Positions 51,034-58,344 of a stretch of 64,000 nucleotides of DNA are shown here, piece after piece. Every line of letters begins with the position of its first letter. Within the stretch, counting starts at the first letter, position 1. The DNA is taken from positions 4,703 through 68,702 of the forward strand of contig JAJFGL010000031.1 of the NCBI GenBank assembly GCA_021776135.1, read 5' to 3'. Below the pieces are notes generated by a model. The model was not told the origin of the DNA. It was given only the letters and a program-made list of their open reading frames with translations, and did not search any database. The position numbers and the translations under genes were made by a program. Source of the stretch: Kiloniellaceae bacterium. Lineage in GTDB: Bacteria > Pseudomonadota > Alphaproteobacteria > Kiloniellales > J153.

Positions 51034-51150
51034 TCACTTATGAAATATCAGGCTCAGGCCCTGCATGTTCATGACCGCCACGTCGAGCAGCAGGAAGATC
51101 GCGGCGAAGGCGATCAGGGCCGCCGCGAAGGGAACTAAATAGCCATTCAT
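51034..51150 (-). CDS. Unannotated 38-aa single-TM peptide upstream of bd-like gene 1
   Basis: Hand translation: MNGYLVPFAAALIAFAAIFLLLDVAVMNMQGLSLIFHK. GGAGAA-like RBS upstream. Ends 22 nt before the bd-like ATG. Below the ORF-track size cutoff. Confidence 0.4.
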   Translation of the reverse strand: MNGYLVPFAAALIAFAAIFLLLDVAVMNMQGLSLIFHK

Positions 51151-51174
51151 GCCCGTTCTTCTCCCCCGCGTCCC

Positions 51175-51285
51175 TTAGGCCCGCACGAACCACCAGAAGA
51201 AAATCGCCAGCAGGGCCAGCACAACCATGAACAAAGCCGGCCCGGCCCAGCCAGCGCGTTCCTCTTCACCTTTTTGTTCAGTCAT
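51175..51285 (-). CDS. Unannotated 36-aa single-TM peptide
   Basis: Hand translation: MTEQKGEEERAGWAGPALFMVVLALLAIFFWWFVRA. AGGTG 7 nt upstream. The ATG may lie upstream of the start site of the putative FNR-dependent promoter. Confidence 0.3.
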   Translation of the reverse strand: MTEQKGEEERAGWAGPALFMVVLALLAIFFWWFVRA

Positions 51286-51313
51286 ATTTCAACACCTGGG
51301 AAACCCATCCAAC

Positions 51314-51327
51314 TTGATCGGGATCAA
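51314..51327. promoter_or_regulatory. Perfect FNR/CRP-family box TTGATCGGGATCAA
   Basis: Exact match to TTGAT-N4-ATCAA, in the only sizeable gap (185 nt) inside the cytochrome cluster. Minus-strand -10-like TGAAAT sits 22 nt away; plus-strand TAAGAT sits 23 nt away. Confidence 0.55.
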
Positions 51328-51362
51328 TGGACGGAGAGATTGCCTTGGGATAAGATTTGACC

Positions 51363-51464
51363 ATGCCGTCGCCCAAAAAACGCTTCGCCGACGCCGTTAT
51401 CCTCTCCGGCATGGCCGTGAACGCCGTGGTCATCGTCTTGATCCTCTATTTCTACGTCTTCTAG
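51363..51464 (+). CDS. Possible leaderless 33-aa TM peptide on the opposite strand (speculative)
   Basis: Hand translation: MPSPKKRFADAVILSGMAVNAVVIVLILYFYVF. The ATG sits about 42 nt from the FNR-box centre, where a class II promoter would start transcription. No RBS. Confidence 0.2.
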   Translation: MPSPKKRFADAVILSGMAVNAVVIVLILYFYVF

Positions 51465-51470
51465 GCAGCC

Positions 51471-51839
51471 CTATCCCTGTTTACCCTCGCACTGGCAGAG
51501 TGTGCGCAGGTGCCTGATCAGGCCATCGACCTGCTCGGCGGTCAGGGTTTTGCCCCAGGGCGGCATCATGGGCGATTTACTGACCGAGGGGCCGCCGTCC
51601 AGGATGACATTCTTCAAATCCGCGTCGGAAAGCTTGTTCATTTCCGCCGCGTTGGTGAAGTTACGCGGGCTGACGGGGAAATCCTTGGTCACGTTGGGAC
51701 CGTCGCCCTTGCCGGTCAGGCCGTGGCACTGGGCGCAATAGAACTTGAACACCTTTTCGGTCTCCGACGCCGTGGCCGGTGCCAGGGTCAGGAGAAAAAC
51801 GAACGCCGCGAAGGTTGCGATTGTCATTAGCTTTTTCAT
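51471..51839 (-). CDS. Soluble periplasmic monoheme cytochrome c
   Basis: Signal peptide MKKLMTIATFAAFVFLLTLAPATA, one CAQCH motif and a distal Met region (SPMMPPWG). Confidence 0.8.
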   Translation of the reverse strand: MKKLMTIATFAAFVFLLTLAPATASETEKVFKFYCAQCHGLTGKGDGPNVTKDFPVSPRNFTNAAEMNKLSDADLKNVILDGGPSVSKSPMMPPWGKTLTAEQVDGLIRHLRTLCQCEGKQG

Positions 51840-51853
51840 GGTCGGTCTCCCCC

Positions 51854-52516
51854 CTATTTCTTCGGCTTGAAGCTGGCCACATGGCGGGCGACGTTGGTCA
51901 TGTCCTTGTCGCTAAGAAGACCGGTGAAAACCGGCATCATCTTCACCGGCTTGAAGACCTTGGGTTTTTGCAGGTAGGCGAGAATCCAATCCGGGTTGAG
52001 GCGCAGGCCGGCCTCGACCAGGGAGGGGCCGCTGCGTCCACCGGAGATTTTCTTCTTGCGTCCCACGTACTGGTGGCAACCGCTGCACGGCATCTTCTTG
52101 ATGAAGATCTGGCGGCCCTTGGGGTTCTTCTTGGGCTTGACCTTGCCGGCTTCCACCTCATCGGTCGTGAGGGTCATGAGAAAGTCCGTGACCGCGGCCA
52201 CATCGGCGCCGTCCAGCTTCGGATGATCGCCGGGGTTTTCTTCCGTGAGGCTGTTGAACTTCATGGGCCGGATGGGTTTGGGATCGGCCAGCCAGCCAGC
52301 CAACCAGTCCTTCTGGAATTTCGATCCGGCGTACCAGAGTTCCGGCCCCTTCTTGGCCAACTGGTCGTCGATGGTCTTTTCCCTGGCCGGCCCGTCGGTG
52401 TAATGGCAGGCGACGCACCCCTTGGCCTCGAAGACATCCCCGCCGGCGGCCGAACCCGGTGACGCCGCGGCGGCCAGGAAGGCCGCGCTCAAAACCGCTG
52501 TCAGCATGTGTTTCAT
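51854..52516 (-). CDS. Soluble periplasmic diheme cytochrome c
   Basis: Signal peptide. CVACH and CSGCH motifs. Confidence 0.8.
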   Translation of the reverse strand: MKHMLTAVLSAAFLAAAASPGSAAGGDVFEAKGCVACHYTDGPAREKTIDDQLAKKGPELWYAGSKFQKDWLAGWLADPKPIRPMKFNSLTEENPGDHPKLDGADVAAVTDFLMTLTTDEVEAGKVKPKKNPKGRQIFIKKMPCSGCHQYVGRKKKISGGRSGPSLVEAGLRLNPDWILAYLQKPKVFKPVKMMPVFTGLLSDKDMTNVARHVASFKPKK

Positions 52517-52551
52517 GACTTTCTCTCCTCCAATTTCTTTTACCGGCGGCT

Positions 52552-54207
52552 TCAGGCGTCCACCTCCGCCGGCGTTTCTTCTTTTTCCGCCTTACGCATC
52601 AGCCAAATCCCCAGGCCGCCCGCGACCAGGAAGGCCAGGACGCTGTAGACATAAACGCTGACCGGCGTCGGCGCCTCGATGAAGACGTAGTGCCAGGTGC
52701 TGAGGCCCATGATCAGGCCGTGTTCGCCGTTGGAGCCGTCCCAGGCATTGACGGACATGGGGGTGAACAGGCCTTTCGCGAACTGCACGTCGTTCTTGTC
52801 GCCGGTATTCAGCGGCCGCTTCATGACCACGCTCCAGCGGCCCTGGTCCCACTTCGCCTGGCCGGCGATTTGCTGGCCGCCTTCGGCTTGGCGCTTGATC
52901 GGCTGTTTCCAGCCGCGCGCGTTGCCTTCCTCCGTGCCCCGCTCCCCGGCCGCGTCCAGGTCCGCCTTCCAGACCCAGAGGTGAACCTGGTCGGAGGAGG
53001 AGCCACGGTAGAAGTGCGGTTTTTTGGTGCCCTGTGTCGGCTTCACCGCGAATTGAAGCGCGATGGAATCGCGGAAGGTTTCCAGGGCCCGCGGCATCAT
53101 GCCGTTGGCTTCCACGTAGGAACTGAAGGATCCCACCTTGGCGATCTCTATGGGGTCGAACTCCCGCGCCTCGTCGTGCACGATGTCCTTGAAGGGATCG
53201 TCCCAGGTCAGGCGGAAGGAGATGTCCGTGTCGTTGGACAAGGCTTGCACGGTCACCATCTCGATGCTCGGGTTTTGCCAGCGCGGGGCCGCGATCACCT
53301 GCCCGGCCAAGCGCATGTCCATGGGTTCGGCCGCGTCCCAGGCGTCGTCGTCCGGGCTTTCCGGCAGGTCCGCCGTGACCGCCTTGACCTGCAAGGCCTG
53401 GTGGCTGGTCAGTTCATGCTGCAAGGATTTGATGTAACCGGCCAGATACCAGCGGTCTTCCTCGTTCAGGGACTTGATGAAGGACGGCATGGGCGTGCCG
53501 CTGATGCCGCTGGTGAAGCGCATGTAGATGTCTTCGACCTCGCCCCCCGCCTTGATCTTCCAGGGGTGGGTGACGTTGCGGATGCGGATCGGGAAACCCC
53601 AGTCGTCCTTGCGGAACTCCTTGTTGCCGTCGCCGCGGCCGAGCTTGCCGTGGCAACTCCAGCATTTGGCCTTTTCGAACACCTCCTTGCCCTTGGCGAT
53701 GGTTTCGGGCGTGACGGGCGGGCGATTGGCGGGCAGGGCGATGACCTTGCCGGTAGCCACGGGATCGAGGTCCGGGTCGTCGAATTCCTGGGCGAAGGTC
53801 TTGATGTAGCCGATGACCGCCCAGCGTTCGTCCTCGCTCAGGCCGCTCTTGATCAGGTCGTTGTCGAAGGCTTGCATGGCGGTGCCCGGTAAGCCCCGGC
53901 TGACGGTGCGGAACAGATCCTCGTTGGTGGGCAGCTCACCGCTTTGGGTGGTGCGGAACTTGAAGGTGCCGAGGGTGAAGTCGCGGGGCCTGGGGTCCAG
54001 GTACTTGGCCGCCGGTCCCTCGCCATCGCCCAGAAGCCCGTGGCAAAAACTGCAACGCCGGAAATAAACGCCGCGGCCCTGCTCCAGATGATCGTCCGTG
54101 GCCTCGGGCATGGGCTTGCTCGGAACGTTGGCGGCCAGGGCCGGGGCCGGGGCCGACACCCAGGCGGCGGCGATAACGGCGGCGAGTAGTTTACATGGCG
54201 CGCGCAT
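52552..54207 (-). CDS. Diheme cytochrome c fused to EB_dh heme-b domain with C-terminal TM anchor (module 2)
   Basis: Start set at Met 54207 (ATGA overlap). Signal peptide. CSFCH and CWSCH. EB_dh pattern (ISFRLTWDD..., ALQFAV..., VNAWDGSNGE). Terminal helix VYSVLAFLVAGGLGIWL. Paralog of 46087-47622. Confidence 0.8.
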   Translation of the reverse strand: MRAPCKLLAAVIAAAWVSAPAPALAANVPSKPMPEATDDHLEQGRGVYFRRCSFCHGLLGDGEGPAAKYLDPRPRDFTLGTFKFRTTQSGELPTNEDLFRTVSRGLPGTAMQAFDNDLIKSGLSEDERWAVIGYIKTFAQEFDDPDLDPVATGKVIALPANRPPVTPETIAKGKEVFEKAKCWSCHGKLGRGDGNKEFRKDDWGFPIRIRNVTHPWKIKAGGEVEDIYMRFTSGISGTPMPSFIKSLNEEDRWYLAGYIKSLQHELTSHQALQVKAVTADLPESPDDDAWDAAEPMDMRLAGQVIAAPRWQNPSIEMVTVQALSNDTDISFRLTWDDPFKDIVHDEAREFDPIEIAKVGSFSSYVEANGMMPRALETFRDSIALQFAVKPTQGTKKPHFYRGSSSDQVHLWVWKADLDAAGERGTEEGNARGWKQPIKRQAEGGQQIAGQAKWDQGRWSVVMKRPLNTGDKNDVQFAKGLFTPMSVNAWDGSNGEHGLIMGLSTWHYVFIEAPTPVSVYVYSVLAFLVAGGLGIWLMRKAEKEETPAEVDA

Positions 54208-55172
54208 CAGTGGCTCTCCGGAATACGCGGGGTTTTCTGGGCCAGGTCGTACTCGGCCAGAATGATCTTCCAGCGCTCTTCCTCGGTCAGGCTGAGCTTC
54301 CATTCGGGCATGGCCGAATCCCAGGGCGTCGCTTCCGTGGGCAGGCCGGGGCCGCCATTGGTAACCCGCCAGAAGGTATAGCCCTCGACGATGGTCTCGA
54401 TGGTGCCGTTGTCGGTGAAATTGATCGGCCTGAGCTTGAAGCCGTCGGCCATGGGGCCGTCGCCGGCGACGCTGTCGCCGTGGCAGGCCCGGCAGTTCAT
54501 GGCGTAGAGGGCCCGGCCCTCGAACAGATTTTTCTCCAGCAGCGCCGCGCGCGCGGTTTCCCTATCCACCGAGCCGGATTCCAGCTGCGCCAGAAACTTC
54601 TTCACCGGCTCCACGGCGAAGAACTCCAGCACATGGTCCGGCTCCACTTCATTCATCCAGTTCTCCACGTCCTCTTGCACCTGGGGAATAAACTCGATCT
54701 CGTTGGCTTCGGCCTGCTCGATGAAGGCCGTGACCTGGGCCTCGCCCGGATTGGCGATGGGGTTTTTCTTGTCCTCGAAGCTCTTGGGGAAGTTCGACGA
54801 GGGATGCTGGATGCGCAGCGAGGAGGGCACCTCCACCTTGGGCACCACCACCTCGTAAACCTGCCAGGAGACCACTACCGGCACCGCCAAGAGAACGGCG
54901 GCGCGCGCAATCTTGCTATAGCCGCCACGCAGAAGCTTCTTGACCGGGCGGAGGAAGTCGTCGAGCCCCTCCTCGGAGAAGGTCACGAACAGGAACAGCG
55001 CCACGACCGTCAACACCATGTAGAAGAACATCAAGGTGCCGGGCACCGGCAGCGGGAAGGGCAGCGTCGTCACTTCCCGGGAAACCGCGGGGATGCCCCA
55101 CTTCACCAGGGCATAGACAACCAGCAGTATCAGAACCACCGTGAAGAAGCTGCCAAGCCGCAATTTTTTCAT
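54207..55172 (-). CDS. Membrane-anchored monoheme cytochrome c (module 2)
   Basis: N-terminal TM helices, one CRACH motif. WRVTNGGPGLPTEATPWDSAMPEW is paralogous to module 1. Confidence 0.8.
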   Translation of the reverse strand: MKKLRLGSFFTVVLILLVVYALVKWGIPAVSREVTTLPFPLPVPGTLMFFYMVLTVVALFLFVTFSEEGLDDFLRPVKKLLRGGYSKIARAAVLLAVPVVVSWQVYEVVVPKVEVPSSLRIQHPSSNFPKSFEDKKNPIANPGEAQVTAFIEQAEANEIEFIPQVQEDVENWMNEVEPDHVLEFFAVEPVKKFLAQLESGSVDRETARAALLEKNLFEGRALYAMNCRACHGDSVAGDGPMADGFKLRPINFTDNGTIETIVEGYTFWRVTNGGPGLPTEATPWDSAMPEWKLSLTEEERWKIILAEYDLAQKTPRIPESH

Positions 55173-55185
55173 GATCGCCCGCCCA

Positions 55186-56172
55186 TCACTGCGCCTCTGG
55201 TTTCGGCTTTTGCAACATCAGGTAAGACAGGATGTCCTGGTAGTCCTTGACCGTCATGGCCTCGGACAGGTCGTCGGGCATGACGCTCTTGGTGTCGTCG
55301 ATCCTGATTTCCTTGATGTCCGCCTTCTCCAGGGTGACCACGTCGCCGGTGGCCGTGGTGATATCGATCTCCCCGGCCTCGTCGCGGGTTTTCAGGCCGA
55401 TAGTCTGGCGGCCTTCCTGGTTGACGGCGACGTAAGTCTCGAAGCCCTTGGTCAGGGCTTTCGCCGGTTGCAAAATGGCTTCAGAGATGAACTTCAGCCC
55501 CTTGCCGGCGATGCCGGAAAGTTCCGGGCCGATCTCACCGCCCTCGCCGTTCAGGATGTGACATTCCGAGCAGTTGTCCTCGTAGACGATGGCGCCTTCG
55601 CCCGGATCGCCGCCGCCGGCGGCGGCCGCCGCGGAAATCTTGGCATAGAAGGCTTCCGTCAATTCGCCCGGCGCGGTGTCGATGGCTTCCATGTCCAGAT
55701 CGCCGCCCAGGGACATGAGATAGGCGGCCACCGCCTTGATCTCCGTGAGGCTCAAGGAAATCGGCGGCGCGTAGACCACGGCCATCTCGTTCTTGTAGCC
55801 CTTGACCACATAGGCGCCGGGGCTGGCCAGGCTTTCGACGAGGTAATCGACGGCGGTGAACTCGGTTCCTTCCTTTTCCGAACGCTCCTTGGCCCGTTCC
55901 TCGGCCCGCGCGCCCATGGCCAGGGGAAACTTTTCCCCGAATTGGCCGTGGTTCGGGCCGCGCACGGCGCTGCCTTGACCGCCGACGCTATGACAGGTGA
56001 AGCAACGCCCCTTGCCCCAGTAGATGGTCTCGCCGCCTTCCGGGCTGACATCGACGGCGGCGCTGGTTCTTTGTCCGCCCCCGGTAAGTTCGGTAATGGA
56101 ATATCCGATCCAGAGGTAGGTGCCCAAGACGATCAGCAGAAAAGCAAACAGGCGGGCAAGGGTCGCGGCCAT
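55186..56172 (-). CDS. Membrane-anchored diheme cytochrome c (module 2)
   Basis: N-terminal TM helix. CFTCH and CSECH motifs. Paralog of 48397-49218. Confidence 0.8.
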   Translation of the reverse strand: MAATLARLFAFLLIVLGTYLWIGYSITELTGGGQRTSAAVDVSPEGGETIYWGKGRCFTCHSVGGQGSAVRGPNHGQFGEKFPLAMGARAEERAKERSEKEGTEFTAVDYLVESLASPGAYVVKGYKNEMAVVYAPPISLSLTEIKAVAAYLMSLGGDLDMEAIDTAPGELTEAFYAKISAAAAAGGGDPGEGAIVYEDNCSECHILNGEGGEIGPELSGIAGKGLKFISEAILQPAKALTKGFETYVAVNQEGRQTIGLKTRDEAGEIDITTATGDVVTLEKADIKEIRIDDTKSVMPDDLSEAMTVKDYQDILSYLMLQKPKPEAQ

Positions 56173-56176
56173 GCCC

Positions 56177-58327
56177 TCAGTCCTCCTTCTTGCCCGTAGC
56201 GGCGCCGCCGAGCCAGAACATGAAGGCGCACCCGATCATGAACAGAAGAACGGCGGCGCCGACCTGCTGGGTCATGACGAAATTACTTGGCGTGTAGGCC
56301 CATTCCGAGGTGTCGCGCATGATCCCGAAGATGTGCCAATCGCCGCGCAGGCCGGAACGGATAAAGCCCATGAGGCCCATGTTCATGGTGATGATGAAGG
56401 TCAGCAGCAACAACGCGTACTGAGACCGCACGGTCATCTTGCCCCATTGCAGCGGGCCCAGGGACTTGGCGCGCTTGAACAGGAAGACGTCGATGACCGA
56501 AACCAGAATCAGACAGCTTATGAGTTGCAGGAATTGCGCGACCGCCACGTTGCGCAGCACCGGCGAGGCCTTCTCCATGACCACGAAGCCCCAGACGCCC
56601 AGGAACAGGGTCACGTTGAAGGCGGTGACGGCCAGATAGAGCACCTGCCCCAGCTTGCCCCGGTCCATGAGCGCCAGGACGATGGCGGCGGCGCCGGCCA
56701 GGCACTCGAAGACCAGCACATAGCCGATCATATGGATGAATTCGGCCCGGTCCGCCGGCAGGTCGAGCGCGGCCGGATCCAGGGTCAGCATGGTCACCGC
56801 GTACTGCGCCACCAGGGCGATGGCGGCGGCGCCGATGACTATGATGGTAATGCGCGCGCCCTTGCCCTGATCGCGGATCGAGACCGCGTCCATCATGTTG
56901 CCCCGGCGATACAGCAGGAAGCTGAAGAAGGTCGCCAGGATGATCAAATTCACGACCGCGTTCTTGGCCGGCATCAGGCCCAGGAACTTGAGCATGGGAT
57001 GATACTGGCTGCCGCCCATTTCACCGACCTCCAGGCTGCTCAGGGGCAGGTTATGGGGGGTCAGCCAAATGGCGAAGGAGACGATCAGCGCCAGCAGGAT
57101 GTACTTGATGAACTTGTAATACCGCTGGGCGCCGGGGATGCGGGTCATGCCGCTCCACAGGTAGTAGTTGGAGATAACGAACAGAGAGCCCACCAGCATG
57201 GCCTGGATGATGAAGGTCCAGGAAAAGTCGCCGCCCATCATGTTGTTGCCCATGACCGCGCTGGTCGAATAAACCTCGCGCCCCAGGTAATAGCCGGCGA
57301 AGGGCAGCGGGATCAGCGCCGCGATGGCGACGAAGTTGGCGATATAGCCCATCCAGTCGTAATGAGCCTTTTCCTGCGGCGTCTTGGCGGCGATGAATTT
57401 GACGGCGGCGTAGGAACCGGCGACCAGGCCGCCGAAGGCCAGATTGCCGAGCATGCGGTGAATGGCGATCGGCGTGGCCAGGACGTTTTCGAAAGCCTGC
57501 CAGACGGTGCCGACAAGAACGCCGTCCGCGTCGACGCCGGCCGGGCTCATCATGTAACCGGCCCAGGAGTTGGCCAGTTGCATGATCGCGGTGCCGAAGA
57601 CGTTGAGAGTAATGCCGATGAAGATGTGGGTCGATTTCAGATCGCGGATCATCCAGAACCCGATGGCCGTGGGCGTGATGTAAAGAAGCAGGATGAACCA
57701 GCGGGTATCGACCCGCATGTCGGGACCGATGAAGCCGAGGCCGAAGGCCAGGCCGAAGCCGGCCATGAGCACGGCGAGCGCCTTGAACAGCCATTGCAGT
57801 TTGACCGGGAATTTGCGTTCGCTCTTCAGCCAATTCCAGCCGTAATAATACATATACAGCGCGAAGGTCTCGCCGAAGAACAGCAGTGCGTACATGAACA
57901 TGACATCTTTGAAGATGCCGGCCATGTGGCCCATGAAGGTCGGGTAGAGGGTAAACAGCGCGAAGGCCAGAAGCCCGCCCAGAGCGGCGGTGGTCGCGTA
58001 GGCGATGCTCAAAAGACTGGTGAACTCATAGGCCAGTTTGTCGAACTTGGGGTCTTTGTTGTTCCAGCCGACGATCTCGATAATCACCGCGAAGAGCGGC
58101 ACGCCGAGAACGAAGGCGGCGAAGAACAAGTGCATCTGGGCGATGAACCAGATCAGGCGCCGGGAATCGATGCCCAGGAACTGGCGGTAGACGTTCTCCT
58201 CCAGCGCCAGGGCCGGGGTCGCGGCAAGGACCAGCCCGACCGCGACCAGAACCGCCAAGCCCAGGCTTGCGGTTCGGGAGATTCCCCACCCGGCGCTAAG
58301 GTTGTTCGTCGTTCGACCCTGCGTCAT
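56177..58327 (-). CDS. Cytochrome bd subunit-I-like polytopic membrane protein (bd-like, module 2; about 70-aa extra two-helix insertion)
   Basis: 716 aa. Same conserved blocks as module 1 (IAQMHLFFAAFVLGVPLF, YYYGW, MMSPAGVD, AHYDWMGY, LPLPFAGYY), plus an inserted hydrophobic segment FPVKLQWLFKAL...GFWMIRDLKS. Confidence 0.75.
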   Translation of the reverse strand: MTQGRTTNNLSAGWGISRTASLGLAVLVAVGLVLAATPALALEENVYRQFLGIDSRRLIWFIAQMHLFFAAFVLGVPLFAVIIEIVGWNNKDPKFDKLAYEFTSLLSIAYATTAALGGLLAFALFTLYPTFMGHMAGIFKDVMFMYALLFFGETFALYMYYYGWNWLKSERKFPVKLQWLFKALAVLMAGFGLAFGLGFIGPDMRVDTRWFILLLYITPTAIGFWMIRDLKSTHIFIGITLNVFGTAIMQLANSWAGYMMSPAGVDADGVLVGTVWQAFENVLATPIAIHRMLGNLAFGGLVAGSYAAVKFIAAKTPQEKAHYDWMGYIANFVAIAALIPLPFAGYYLGREVYSTSAVMGNNMMGGDFSWTFIIQAMLVGSLFVISNYYLWSGMTRIPGAQRYYKFIKYILLALIVSFAIWLTPHNLPLSSLEVGEMGGSQYHPMLKFLGLMPAKNAVVNLIILATFFSFLLYRRGNMMDAVSIRDQGKGARITIIVIGAAAIALVAQYAVTMLTLDPAALDLPADRAEFIHMIGYVLVFECLAGAAAIVLALMDRGKLGQVLYLAVTAFNVTLFLGVWGFVVMEKASPVLRNVAVAQFLQLISCLILVSVIDVFLFKRAKSLGPLQWGKMTVRSQYALLLLTFIITMNMGLMGFIRSGLRGDWHIFGIMRDTSEWAYTPSNFVMTQQVGAAVLLFMIGCAFMFWLGGAATGKKED

Positions 58328-58344
58328 CGCCCTCTTGCCTGCCG

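Noticed and set aside
51227-51517. 96-aa plus-strand track ORF in the intra-cluster gap
   Set aside because: It overlaps the 36-aa minus-strand mini-ORF and the 3' end of the cytochrome c gene. It has no RBS or motif. The shorter 33-aa TM ORF in a different frame is the only plus-strand candidate kept, at low confidence.
52690-53892. 400-aa plus-strand ORF antisense to the module-2 cytochrome c/EB_dh gene
   Set aside because: It is a shadow ORF. The opposite strand carries CXXCH motifs, a signal peptide and a paralog relationship.
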